64,000 bases of DNA, from positions 23,978-87,977 of the forward strand of contig JALORC010000012.1 in the NCBI GenBank assembly GCA_025459175.1, given 5' to 3'. A model generated the notes under the pieces. That model ran no database searches. It had not been told where the DNA came from and saw nothing but the letters and a program-made list of their open reading frames with translations. Made by a program: the position numbers and the translations under genes. This document shows positions 1 through 9,659 of the stretch, in pieces; position 1 is the first letter of the stretch; every line of letters starts with the position of its first letter. This stretch comes from Planctomycetota bacterium. GTDB lineage: Bacteria; Planctomycetota; UBA1135; UBA2386.

Positions 1-2721
1 CTCGGCGGCGACGCGAAGAAGATCAACCCGCTGGTGCCGTGCGACCTGGTCATCGACCACAGCGTGCAGGTCGATGCGTTCGCCAGCAGCAGCGCCGAAC
101 AGGACAACCTGAAGCTCGAGTTCGAACGCAACCAGGAGCGCTACGAGTTCCTGAAGTGGGGCCAGCAGTCGTTGACCAACTTCCGCGTCGTGCCGCCGGG
201 CATGGGCATCGTGCACCAGGTCAACCTCGAGTACCTGGCCAGCGGCGTGCTGCACAAGCAGGACGGTACCGACACGATCGCCTACCCGGACACCGTGGTC
301 GGCACCGACTCGCACACGACGATGATCAACGGTCTCGGCGTGCTCGGCTGGGGCGTCGGTGGCATCGAGGCCGAGGCAGTGATGCTCGGCCAGCCGACCT
401 ACATGCTGCTGCCCGAGGTCGTCGGCATGGAGCTGCAGGGCAAGCTGCCGGAAGGGGCGACCGCGACCGACCTGGTGCTGACCGCGACGCAGTTGCTGCG
501 CAAGCACGGGGTGGTCAACAAGTTCGTCGAGTTCTACGGCTCCGGCATCGCCGCGATGTCGCTGGCCGACCGCGCCACGATCGCGAACATGGCGCCGGAG
601 TACGGCGCCACGATGGGCTTCTTCCCGGTCGACGCCGAGACCTGCCGCTTCCTCGAGCGCAGCGGCCGCAGCAAGGAGCAGGTGGCGCTGGTCGAGGCGT
701 ACTACAAGGCGCAGGGCCTGTTCTGGACCGCCGACGCGCCGGTGCCCGAGTACAGCAGCAAGCTGGTGCTCGACCTCGGCACCGTGGTGCCGAGCCTCGC
801 CGGCCCCAAGCGCCCGCAGGATCGCGTGCCGCTCGCGGCGATGCAGAAGGACTTCCGGCAGGGCCTGCAGAAGGACGTCAAGGACCGCGGCTTCGGCCTG
901 TTCGGCGAACAGCTCGCCGCCAGCGCCACGGTCGCCGACGGTACCGACGCGAAGATCGCGCACGGCGCGGTCGTGATCGCCGCGATCACGTCGTGCACCA
1001 ACACCAGCAACCCGTCGGTGATGCTCGGCGCCGGCCTGTTGGCGAAAAAGGCCGCGGCCAAGGGCCTGACGCGCAAGCCGTGGGTCAAGACCTCGCTGGC
1101 GCCCGGCTCGCGCGTGGTCACCGACTACCTGCAGAAGGCCGGGGTGATGCCGGCGCTGCAGCAGCTCGGCTTCGACGTGGTCGGCTACGGCTGCACGACC
1201 TGCATCGGCAACAGCGGTCCGCTGCCGGCCCCGGTGTCGGCGGCGATCAAGGACGGCAACCTGGTCGCGGCCGCGGTGCTGTCCGGCAACCGCAACTTCG
1301 AGGGCCGCGTCAATCCCGACGTGAAGGCCAACTACCTCGCTTCGCCGCCGCTGGTGGTCGCCTACGCGCTGGCCGGCACCGTCGACATCGATCTCGAGAC
1401 CCAGCCGCTCGGCAACGGCAGCGACGGCCAGCCGGTGTATCTGCGCGACATCTGGCCGAGCCAGCAGGAGATCGCCGACGCGATCGCGAGCAGCATGTCG
1501 CCGCAGGCGTTCATCAAGCAGTACGGCACCGTCGACCAGGGCCCGCCGCCGTGGCGCAAGATCAAGGCGAAGCAGAGCGACCTGTTCGCGTTCCAGGCCG
1601 CGAGCACCTACATCCAGGAGCCGCCGTTCTTCACCACGATGACGCGCGAGGTCGGCACCATCGGGCGCATCCTCGGCGCCCGCGCGCTCGCGGTGCTCGG
1701 TGACTCGGTGACCACCGACCACATCAGCCCGGCCGGCAACATCAAGAAGGACAGCCCCGCCGGCCGCTTCCTGCTCGACAACGGCGTGCAGCCGGCCGAC
1801 TTCAACCAGTACGGCGCGCGCCGCGGCAACGATCGCGTGATGACGCGCGGCACGTTCGCCAACATCCGGCTGCGCAACTTCCTGGTGCAGCAGGAAGGTG
1901 GCATGACCAAGCACCTGCCGAGCGGCGAGACGATGGCGATCTACGACGCATCGATGAAGTACCAGCAGGAAGGCACGCCGCTGTGTGTGCTCGCCGGCAA
2001 GGAGTACGGCACCGGCAGTTCGCGCGACTGGGCGGCGAAGGGCACGTTCCTGCTCGGCGTCAAGTTCGTGCTCGCCGAGAGCTACGAGCGCATCCACCGC
2101 AGCAACCTGGTCGGCATGGGCGTGCTGCCGCTCGAGTACCTGCCGGGTCAGACCCGCGACAGCCTCGGGCTCACCGGCCACGAGACGTTCGATGTCGCGG
2201 TCGACGACGCGGTGCAGCCGCGCCAGCAGCTGACGGTCACCGCGATCCACCCGGAGACCGGCAAGGTGACGACGTTCCAGGCGCAGTGCCGCATCGACAC
2301 GCCGGTCGAGGTCGACTACTTCCGCAACGGCGGCATCCTGCAGACCGTGCTGCGCAAGCTGCTGGCGCCGGCGGCCGGCAAGACGGTCGCGAAGGCGAAG
2401 GCGAAGGCCGCGCCTGCCAAGGCCAAGGTCGCCGCCAAGCCGAAGGTCGCGACCAAGGGCAAGGCCGCGCCGGTCGCCAAGGCCAGCAAGAAGCCTGCAG
2501 CGAAAGCCGTGACGGCGAAGTCGGTCGGCAAGCCCGCCGCGAGCAAGGTCGCCGCGAAGCCGGCAACCGCGAAGAAGCCGGCCGCCAAGCCGGGCAAGAA
2601 GGTCGACAAGAAGGTGACCGCCAAGCCGGCCACCAAGAAGGCGGTCGCGAAGAAGCCTGCGGCGAAGGCGAAGCCGGTGGCCAAGAAGGCGGCCAAGAAG
2701 GCCAAGGCGCGCGGCCGCTGA
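1..2721 (+). CDS. acnA: Aconitate hydratase A, 5'-truncated at the window edge, with a C-terminal Lys/Ala-rich histone-H1-like extension
   Basis: Frame 1 is open from nt 1. Aconitase motifs are present ([51 protein letters not shown]). The last ~125 aa are KAAK/AKPA repeats ([17 protein letters not shown]...KKAKARGR) in the same frame. Confidence 0.9.
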   Translation, partial: LGGDAKKINPLVPCDLVIDHSVQVDAFASSSAEQDNLKLEFERNQERYEFLKWGQQSLTNFRVVPPGMGIVHQVNLEYLASGVLHKQDGTDTIAYPDTVVGTDSHTTMINGLGVLGWGVGGIEAEAVMLGQPTYMLLPEVVGMELQGKLPEGATATDLVLTATQLLRKHGVVNKFVEFYGSGIAAMSLADRATIANMAPEYGATMGFFPVDAETCRFLERSGRSKEQVALVEAYYKAQGLFWTADAPVPEYSSKLVLDLGTVVPSLAGPKRPQDRVPLAAMQKDFRQGLQKDVKDRGFGLFGEQLAASATVADGTDAKIAHGAVVIAAITSCTNTSNPSVMLGAGLLAKKAAAKGLTRKPWVKTSLAPGSRVVTDYLQKAGVMPALQQLGFDVVGYGCTTCIGNSGPLPAPVSAAIKDGNLVAAAVLSGNRNFEGRVNPDVKANYLASPPLVVAYALAGTVDIDLETQPLGNGSDGQPVYLRDIWPSQQEIADAIASSMSPQAFIKQYGTVDQGPPPWRKIKAKQSDLFAFQAASTYIQEPPFFTTMTREVGTIGRILGARALAVLGDSVTTDHISPAGNIKKDSPAGRFLLDNGVQPADFNQYGARRGNDRVMTRGTFANIRLRNFLVQQEGGMTKHLPSGETMAIYDASMKYQQEGTPLCVLAGKEYGTGSSRDWAAKGTFLLGVKFVLAESYERIHRSNLVGMGVLPLEYLPGQTRDSLGLTGHETFDVAVDDAVQPRQQLTVTAIHPETGKVTTFQAQCRIDTPVEVDYFRNGGILQTVLRKLLAPAAGKTVAKAKAKAAPAKAKVAAKPKVATKGKAAPVAKASKKPAAKAVTAKSVGKPAASKVAAKPATAKKPAAKPGKKVDKKVTAKPATKKAVAKKPAAKAKPVAKKAAKKAKARGR

Positions 2722-2758
2722 GCGGTCCGCGCCCTTCCGCGCGCACGGCCGCGCGGCG

Positions 2759-3682
2759 ATGCTGGCCGCCATGCTGCGCCACCTCGCTGCGTCGGCCGTG
2801 CTGCTGTTCGCGTCCGCCTGCTCGATGGCTCCGAGGCCGCCGCTCGCCGAACTGACGGCCGACCTGCGTGCCCTCGCCGACACGGTGCGCGGCGACGTCG
2901 GCATCTACGTGCGCGACCTGCGCACCGGCGACGAGGTGGCGATCGCGGCCGACACGCCGTTCCCGACCGCCAGCATGATCAAGGTGCCGATCCTCGGCGC
3001 GTTGCTGGCCAAGGTCGACCGCGGCGAGCTCGACTATCACCAGCAGCTCACCTACACGAAGGATCGGCGCTACGCCGGCGAGGACCTGCTCGGTGCGTTC
3101 GCCGACGGCGAGCAGGTCGAACTGTCGAAGGTCGCGATGCTGATGATCACCACCAGCGACAACACCGCGTCGCTGTGGTGCCAGGAGCTCGCCGGCACGG
3201 GTACCGCGATCAACGACTGGCTCGCGACACTCGGCTTCGCCGTGACCCGCGTCAACTCGCGCACGCCCGGTCGCAGCGCCGAACAGAAGGAGTTCGGCTG
3301 GGGCGTCACCACCCCGCGCGAGATGGCCGAGCTGCTGGTCGCCGCGCGCGACGGGCGGCTCGGCAGCGCGGCGATGTGCGAGGAGCTGCGGCGGTGCCTC
3401 GCGCGCATCTACTGGGACGCCGAGGCGCTGGCGTCGATCCCACCCGAGGTGCACACGCTGAGCAAGCAGGGCGCCGTCAACCGTTCGCGCAGCGAGGCGG
3501 TGCTGGTGCACGCCCCCGCCAGCGACTACGTGTTCTGCGTGATCACGAGGAACCAGCAGGACCAGAGCTGGGGCCGCGACAACGAAGGCTACGTGCTGCT
3601 GCGCGCGGTGTCGGCGCGGCTGTGGCGCCACTTCGCGCCCGAGCGGCCGTATGCGCCGCCGGCCGGACACGAGCGCTTCTGA
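2759..3682 (+). CDS. Class A beta-lactamase-family serine hydrolase, probable lipoprotein
   Basis: S-x-x-K (ASMIK) and SDN (TSDNTA) motifs and a K-x-G triad (KQG). The N-terminal signal has a Cys (LLFASAC). Confidence 0.65.
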   Translation: MLAAMLRHLAASAVLLFASACSMAPRPPLAELTADLRALADTVRGDVGIYVRDLRTGDEVAIAADTPFPTASMIKVPILGALLAKVDRGELDYHQQLTYTKDRRYAGEDLLGAFADGEQVELSKVAMLMITTSDNTASLWCQELAGTGTAINDWLATLGFAVTRVNSRTPGRSAEQKEFGWGVTTPREMAELLVAARDGRLGSAAMCEELRRCLARIYWDAEALASIPPEVHTLSKQGAVNRSRSEAVLVHAPASDYVFCVITRNQQDQSWGRDNEGYVLLRAVSARLWRHFAPERPYAPPAGHERF

Positions 3683-3718
3683 GGCAAACCAGGGAACGGC
3701 GGCCCGGCTGGTCGACGC

Positions 3719-5029
3719 TCACACCAGGCGCCGCTTCACCAACGCCCCGCGCCGCCGCTTCTCGTCGCCGACCGGCATCGCCGCGGCGACCCGTTCTGCC
3801 GCCGCCTGCGCCGCCGCCGCGGTGCGCGCGTGCACGAACGCCAGCGCATCGCCGGTCTGCACGGCGTCGCCGAGGCCGTGCTTGAGCACGATGCCGACCT
3901 GTGGATCGATCGCGTCGCTCGGCTGCCGGCGACCGCCGCCGAGGTCGACGACGACGTGGCCGAGCGCCAGCGGATCGACGTCGACGACGAAGCCGGGCCG
4001 CCGCGCCTCGACCGCGACCACGTGCGGCGCGCGGCCGAGCAGCGACACGTCGTCGAGCACGCGCGGATCCCCGCCCTGCAGTTCGAGGTTGTGGCGGAAC
4101 ACCTGGCGCACGACGCCGTCCTGCCACAACCGCACCAGCGTGGCCCGCGCCGAGTCGAGGTCGCCGGCGACCCCGGCGAGCAGCAGCATCTCGGCACCGA
4201 GCGCCAGCGTGACCTCGCGCAGGTCGTCGGGACACGGCCCGTCCAGCGCCTGCACGACCTCGATCACCTCGAGGCTGTTGCCGAGTGCCTGCCCGAGCGG
4301 GTGATCCATGTCGGTCAGCAGCGCCGCCATCTTGATGCCGGCCGCCCGCCCCACCGCGACCAGGCTCTCCATCAGCGAGATCGCGTCGTGCTCCTGCACC
4401 ATGAACGCCGCGCGCCCGGTCTTCACGTCCATCACCAGCCCGTCGATGCCCTCGGCGAGCTTCTTCGACAGGATCGAACTGGTGATCAGCGGGATGCTCT
4501 CGACGGTGCCGCTGATGTCGCGCGTCGCGTACATGCGGCGGTCGGCCGGCGCGATCTCGGCGCTCGGCGCGGCCATCGCATACCCACACTGCTCGAGCAC
4601 CTGCTGGAAGCGTTCGATCGACAGGTCGGTGCGATAACCGGGCAGCGCGGCGAGTTTGTCGATGGTGCCACCGGTGTGACCGAGCCCTCGCCCACTGACC
4701 ATCGGCACCGCCACCCCGGCCGCAGCGACCAGCGGCGCCAGCAGCAGCGACACCTTGTCACCGACCCCGCCGGTCGAGTGCTTGTCGATCTTCGGTCGGG
4801 TCACGTGCGGGTGCTGCAGCACGCGCCCGGAGTCGCGCATCGCCAGCGTCAGCGCCGCGGTCTCCGCCGGCGTCATGCCGTTGCAGCAGACGGCCATCAG
4901 GAACGCCCCGAGCTGCGCATCGCCGAGCGAACCGTCGACGACACCGCTGACGAGATCGCGGATCTCCGCGGGCCCGAGTTCGCCGGCGTCGCGCTTCCTG
5001 GCGATCAGCCGCGCTGGATGATTGTGCAT
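3719..5029 (-). CDS. deoA: Thymidine/pyrimidine-nucleoside phosphorylase
   Basis: HSTGGVGDK signature, glycosyltransferase family 3 N-terminal region, about 436 aa. Confidence 0.85.
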   Translation of the reverse strand: MHNHPARLIARKRDAGELGPAEIRDLVSGVVDGSLGDAQLGAFLMAVCCNGMTPAETAALTLAMRDSGRVLQHPHVTRPKIDKHSTGGVGDKVSLLLAPLVAAAGVAVPMVSGRGLGHTGGTIDKLAALPGYRTDLSIERFQQVLEQCGYAMAAPSAEIAPADRRMYATRDISGTVESIPLITSSILSKKLAEGIDGLVMDVKTGRAAFMVQEHDAISLMESLVAVGRAAGIKMAALLTDMDHPLGQALGNSLEVIEVVQALDGPCPDDLREVTLALGAEMLLLAGVAGDLDSARATLVRLWQDGVVRQVFRHNLELQGGDPRVLDDVSLLGRAPHVVAVEARRPGFVVDVDPLALGHVVVDLGGGRRQPSDAIDPQVGIVLKHGLGDAVQTGDALAFVHARTAAAAQAAAERVAAAMPVGDEKRRRGALVKRRLV

Positions 5030-5056
5030 GGTGTCTCTTCCCCTACTGCAGGCGCG

Positions 5057-5905
5057 TCACGGTGCGACCGGGTGCCACAGCGTCTTCAGCTCGACGAACG
5101 GCTCGACGAACTGCAGCGAACGCAGCTTGCCGGCCTGCGTCCAGTCGGCGGTCGGCAGGTCGCAGTAGCGCACCCGCTTGCAGTTGTCGGCGGCTGCCGC
5201 GGTCAACGCCGCATCGGGAGCACCGGCGATCAGCAGCGCGTCGATGTCACGATGCGCGGCGAACTGCGGTGCCAACTCGCTGCGCAGGCCGCTCAGCAGG
5301 TTGATCGCACCGGCCGGGATGTCGCTCGATGCACACACCTCGCCGAGTGCCAGGCCCACGAACGGGGCCGGTTCGCTGACCAGCGCCACCACCGCGTTGC
5401 CACCGACCAGCAACGGCAGCACCAGGGCCAGCGTGCCCACCAAGGATGGCGCCGCCGGCGCGATCACCCCGACCACGCCGCACGGTTCGACCGTCGAGAA
5501 GTTGAAGAACGGCCCCTGCACCGCGTTCTGGCTGCCGAGCAGGCTCTGCACCTTGTCGCACAGCCCGGCATACCAGATGGTCAGCGCGATCGCGGTGTCG
5601 AGTTCCTTGCCCGCCGCGGCCTTGCTCGCACCGCCGAGCAGCAGTTCCTGCTGCATCGCCTCGCGCCGCGACTCCAGCATCTCGGCGAGGCGATACAGCA
5701 CCTGACCGCGCAGATACGCGGTGCTGCCCGACCACGCGGCGAGTCCGGCGCGCGCGGCCTGCACCGCATCGCGCAGGTCCTTGCGGCTGCCGCGCGCGAC
5801 GTTGAGCGCCGGATTGCCGGCGGGCTGGTAGCTGCGGCCGGACTCGCTGCGCGGGAACTTGCCTCCCACGTAGAGCTTGTAGGTCTTCGGCACCGGGACG
5901 GTCAT
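5057..5905 (-). CDS. Aldehyde-dehydrogenase-family protein containing only the N-terminal/NAD-binding part (282 aa)
   Basis: N-terminus KLYVGGKF...SESGR and GGNAVVALVSEP resemble the ALDH cofactor domain. No catalytic Cys/Glu region is present. It lies directly upstream of deoA on the same strand. Confidence 0.4.
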   Translation of the reverse strand: MTVPVPKTYKLYVGGKFPRSESGRSYQPAGNPALNVARGSRKDLRDAVQAARAGLAAWSGSTAYLRGQVLYRLAEMLESRREAMQQELLLGGASKAAAGKELDTAIALTIWYAGLCDKVQSLLGSQNAVQGPFFNFSTVEPCGVVGVIAPAAPSLVGTLALVLPLLVGGNAVVALVSEPAPFVGLALGEVCASSDIPAGAINLLSGLRSELAPQFAAHRDIDALLIAGAPDAALTAAAADNCKRVRYCDLPTADWTQAGKLRSLQFVEPFVELKTLWHPVAP

Positions 5906-5981
5906 TGGTGCAAGGTGCCGAGCGGACGGCCGGGAAGCAAGCGCGGCGCGGCGCGTGCTGCGGCGTGCATTGCGCCCGCGG

Positions 5982-7187
5982 CTACCGGATCGTGAACCCG
6001 GCCGCGGTCGCGGCGGAGAACGCCGACGCAGCGCCGACCAGCACCGATTGCAGCACGCCCTGCAGCCCGACCAGCGACGGCTGCAGCGGGATCGCGATCG
6101 GGATCGCGACCGGACCGGTGATCAACCCACCGGTCAGGATGCCGAGATCGCCGCCGACCACCAGTTCGCCCAGCAGGTTCGGCAGCGCAATCGAGCCGAA
6201 GCCGGTGCCGAGCAACAGCACGAACGCCTGGTTGCCGACCTCGGCCCGGACCGTCACCGGGGTCGTGCTGCCGAGTGCGAGTTCGGTGACGCCCAACGGC
6301 AACTCGGTGCGCGCGATGGTGTCGGGCAGGCACGCCATCAGGAACGACGGCGCGCCCTGCACCGCGACCGCCGACGCCGCCGGGTCGGTGGTCAGCAACA
6401 CCGTGGCGCAGCAGCGGATCGAACCGGCGCTGCCGCCCACGTCGTGCACTGCGTGGCCGCCGAGCACGCCGAGCCACGCCCCGACTGGCGGCTGGCCGCC
6501 GACCAGATGGCAATCGACCGCCCACAGCGAGTCGCTGCCGCGGATCGCGATCGCATCGCCACCCTCGATCGACGGCGCATCCGAGCGATTGCCCTGCAGC
6601 ACCGTGCGCGTGAGCTGCACCGGCGTCGAGTCGACGAACAGCGCCGCCAACCCGGCGGTGCCGGCGGCCCCGTTGCAGCGATAGCGATAGTCGCCGGCGC
6701 GCACGCGATCGCACCACAGCGACTCGACGTCGCGCACCTCGATCAGGCCGTCGTAGGCGACGGGGCCGAAGCTGTTCGACAGCACTTCGACGGCCAGCAA
6801 GCGCACGTGGCCGAGCCCGTTGCCGGTGATGACGATCGCCGGCGCGGCGGCGGTCGCGGTCGCGCGCGCATGCGCGATGGTGACCTGCTGGAACGGCTGC
6901 AGGCCGGTGACGGTGATCGCCGGCGCGCCGCTGACCGTGAACACCGCGCCGGCACCGCTGCTCTGGTTGCCGATCACCGCGAGCTGCTTGCCCTGGATCA
7001 CGAACGGCGCGTAGGTGCCCGGGTCGACTTCGATGACGTCCCCGTTGGCGGCCGCATTCACGGCCGCCTGGATGTCGGCGAACGCGCGAGTCGGTCCGAC
7101 CTGTCGCACGATGCCCTGCGCGGCGAGCGGCGCCGGCAAAAACCACCACAGGGTCGCCGAGGCGACGGCAGCGATCCGGATCATCAT
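5982..7187 (-). CDS. Secreted right-handed beta-helix-like protein that shares the family C-terminal module
   Basis: Start chosen at MMIRIAAVASATLWWFLPAPLAAQ (signal peptide). GDVIEVDPGTYAPFVIQG resembles a pectate-lyase-like N-terminal turn. The C-terminus PLQPSLVGLQGVLQSV...AAGFTIR matches the module seen in three other secreted proteins here. Confidence 0.5.
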   Translation of the reverse strand: MMIRIAAVASATLWWFLPAPLAAQGIVRQVGPTRAFADIQAAVNAAANGDVIEVDPGTYAPFVIQGKQLAVIGNQSSGAGAVFTVSGAPAITVTGLQPFQQVTIAHARATATAAAPAIVITGNGLGHVRLLAVEVLSNSFGPVAYDGLIEVRDVESLWCDRVRAGDYRYRCNGAAGTAGLAALFVDSTPVQLTRTVLQGNRSDAPSIEGGDAIAIRGSDSLWAVDCHLVGGQPPVGAWLGVLGGHAVHDVGGSAGSIRCCATVLLTTDPAASAVAVQGAPSFLMACLPDTIARTELPLGVTELALGSTTPVTVRAEVGNQAFVLLLGTGFGSIALPNLLGELVVGGDLGILTGGLITGPVAIPIAIPLQPSLVGLQGVLQSVLVGAASAFSAATAAGFTIR

Positions 7188-7402
7188 CGCACCATCGAAG
7201 CCGGGTTCGTCGCAGCTGGCAATCCACTGCCGACGTCGGTCACCGCACCTCGCTCTGGGTGACGACGGTGCGGATTTTCGACCATGTCGCTGCACCCTTT
7301 GCCGGCGTCCCCGAGATCGTAGGGCACCTCCTGATGGTCGATCCCGCGCCCCCACCCACACACCTGCCCACCCGCGGCGATCGGACCGCGACCGCGGCCG
7401 GC

Positions 7403-7867
7403 ATGCGCCCGGCCCTGTGGCGCTACCTGCGCGTGCTCGGCGCCGATGCGGCGACCGCCGACGACCTGGTGCAGGAGGCGTTCGTCGTGATGCTGCAGCG
7501 CGAGCAGTTCGATGGTTCGGTTCCCGGCGCCGTGTTCACGTTCCTGCGCAGCACGGCGCGGCACCTGTGGCTGCGCTCGCGGCAGCGCCGCAGCAGCGAA
7601 CGGGAGGTCGAGGAAGCGGATGCGGTGTGGACGGCGCGCTGCGGCGAGGGTCCGGGCGACGAGTATGTCGACGCCCTGCGCGCTTGCATGGCACAGCTGC
7701 CCGAACGCAGTCGCGCGCTGCTGGCGGCGACCTACGGCGACGGGGCTGGCCGCGCCGAGGCCGGCGAACGCGTCGGCATCGGCCGCGACGGCGTGAAGAG
7801 CGCGCTGCGGCGGCTGCGCACGTTCTTGCACGACTGCATCACACGGCGATTGGCGAGGACCCGATGA
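7403..7867 (+). CDS. ECF-subfamily RNA polymerase sigma-70 factor
   Basis: Region 2 (DDLVQEAFVVMLQR) and region 4 (GVKSALRRLRTFL). Its stop overlaps the next start (ATGA). Confidence 0.7.
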   Translation: MRPALWRYLRVLGADAATADDLVQEAFVVMLQREQFDGSVPGAVFTFLRSTARHLWLRSRQRRSSEREVEEADAVWTARCGEGPGDEYVDALRACMAQLPERSRALLAATYGDGAGRAEAGERVGIGRDGVKSALRRLRTFLHDCITRRLARTR

Positions 7868-9519
7868 ACCACTCCGATTCCGTCCGCGCGGCCGAAGAAC
7901 GTCTGCTCGACGCCGCACTCGCACAGCACTTCGCGAGCGCGTCCGCGGCAGCGCCGCCGGCGACGACGCCACGATGGCTGCTGGCCGCGCTGGTGCTGCT
8001 CGGCATCGTGGTCACCGCGGCCACGATGTGGCACACGCGCACCGCCCCTCGCGACGAAGCGCAGGACCCGCCGCCAGCCCCCTTGCCCACCGAGGTGACC
8101 GGCTCCGGCAAGACCGAGCTGCTGGCACTGCCGGTCGACACCGAGAACCTGCTCGCCAAGATCGTCGATCCGCGCGACCTGTCCACGGTCACACGCTTCA
8201 CGCAACTGCGCCGTTTGCGGTTGTCGGCGGAGCAGATCCACATCGCCGGCATCAAGTCCGGCAGACTGCATCCCCAGTGGAGCGATCCACCACAAGACCT
8301 GCTGGCCCCGCTTGCCACGCTGCCGCTACTGGAGTCGATCCATCTCCCGACCCAGCTGCGGGTCGCACCGGAGCTGCTGGCCCCGCTGGCCGCACATCAG
8401 ACCTTGCGTGAGGTGACGCTGGCCGGCTACGGGATCACGATCGACGGCAACCTGCGCGCCGTCCTCGCGGCGATCCCGAAGCTGCGCCATCTGCACTTGC
8501 ATGGCGTCGATATCGAGGGGTCTGTACTCGAGCATCTGACGGCCCTACCGCTCCATTCGCTCGAGATGGCATCCTGTTCGGGCCTCGATCCCACCGACTG
8601 GGCAGCACTGGTGACGATGCGCACTCTGCAGCACCTGTCGTTGCAGGACTGGAGCTACGACCAGCTGACTCGCTTCACGTTCCGAGAGGGGACCGAACAA
8701 CACGACGCCGCGTCGAAGCGTGTGTGGCATCCCACCGCGGAGCACATACGTGCACTGGCCGGTCTGCCGAACCTGCGCCGCCTCGAACTGCACCAGTGCA
8801 GCCTCGACGACGAGCAGTTCGCGGCACTGCCGGAGACCTTGAACGGCCTGAGCCTGCGCAACACCAGGCTGACGCCAGAGGGCATCGGCGCGCTCAGCCG
8901 GCTGGTGGCATTGCGCGAACTCCACTTCGACACCAGGGCCCGCGGCTACACGCTCGCCGACTTGTTCGCCCCCGACGACGAACCGGCCGCCGAGGCATTC
9001 GCAATGGCGATCCCCACGCTGCGACTGCGATCCCTCGAGTACCACGGTGCGCTGCCGCCATCGGTTGCGAACGCGATCGGCAAGCAAACGGAGTTGCGCG
9101 AGCTCACCATCGTGAGCAAGCGCCCGGCAGCGGACACGGCCACCACCTTGCTGCGCGCGCTGCGGCTGCACCGCCTGTCGTGGCAGGCGCCCGTCACCAG
9201 CGACCTGCTGCTGGCACTGGCGAAGCAACCGGACCTGCGCGAACTCGAGTTGCGCGCCGACGACATTGCCGACGTGACAGCACTCGCTGCGGCTCCGCTA
9301 CTGCAGAACCTGACCCTGACCAAGATGAGCATCGGTCAGGGCGTGACCACCGCGCTGCTGGCTCCACTCGCCAGCTCGAAGTCGCTGCGCACGATCGCGG
9401 TCGCCGTCAGCATCGAACGCGGCAGCAAGCACCCGACCGAGGCCGAGCTGCAGCGCGCCGTCGGCGAACGCATTCGCCTCCGACTGCACCGGTCCGAGTT
9501 CGTCACCGGCAAACGCTGA
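7864..9519 (+). CDS. Membrane anti-sigma-factor-like protein with an extracytoplasmic leucine-rich-repeat domain
   Basis: ATG overlaps the sigma stop (ATGA at 7864-7867). One TM helix (WLLAALVLLGIVVTAATMW), followed by repeated LxxLxLxxxxI/L units (LRRLRLSAEQIHIAG, LRHLHLHGVDIEG, LQHLSLQDWSY, LRRLELHQCSL...). Confidence 0.55.
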   Translation: MNHSDSVRAAEERLLDAALAQHFASASAAAPPATTPRWLLAALVLLGIVVTAATMWHTRTAPRDEAQDPPPAPLPTEVTGSGKTELLALPVDTENLLAKIVDPRDLSTVTRFTQLRRLRLSAEQIHIAGIKSGRLHPQWSDPPQDLLAPLATLPLLESIHLPTQLRVAPELLAPLAAHQTLREVTLAGYGITIDGNLRAVLAAIPKLRHLHLHGVDIEGSVLEHLTALPLHSLEMASCSGLDPTDWAALVTMRTLQHLSLQDWSYDQLTRFTFREGTEQHDAASKRVWHPTAEHIRALAGLPNLRRLELHQCSLDDEQFAALPETLNGLSLRNTRLTPEGIGALSRLVALRELHFDTRARGYTLADLFAPDDEPAAEAFAMAIPTLRLRSLEYHGALPPSVANAIGKQTELRELTIVSKRPAADTATTLLRALRLHRLSWQAPVTSDLLLALAKQPDLRELELRADDIADVTALAAAPLLQNLTLTKMSIGQGVTTALLAPLASSKSLRTIAVAVSIERGSKHPTEAELQRAVGERIRLRLHRSEFVTGKR

Positions 9520-9630
9520 TCCAGCAAGCTGCGGAACGGCACCACGCCCTGGCAACGGGCCTTGCGAACGCCACTACTCCGCTGCCGAGCGGCTTCCGAG
9601 CGCAGGCTGGCCGGCTGCCGGTTGCACGAA

Positions 9631-9647
9631 CCTAAACCAGTGGTTTA
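9631..9647. promoter_or_regulatory. Perfect 7-3-7 palindrome CTAAACC-AGT-GGTTTAG, a candidate AbiEi autoregulatory operator
   Basis: Seen directly at 9631-9647, 13 bp upstream of the abiEi ATG, in a locally AT-richer stretch. Confidence 0.4.
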
Positions 9648-9659
9648 GTTTTCTGCACC

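Noticed and set aside
2237-5995. Long overlapping ORFs 2237..3670(-), 3543..4589(-) and 3830..5995(+)
   Set aside because: All are antisense or out of frame to the beta-lactamase and deoA genes, which have clear catalytic motifs.
9520-9659. Possible tRNA or small RNA in the intergenic region before abiEi
   Set aside because: No cloverleaf-compatible arms, no conserved T-loop GTTC or anticodon-stem pattern. Only the operator palindrome is notable.
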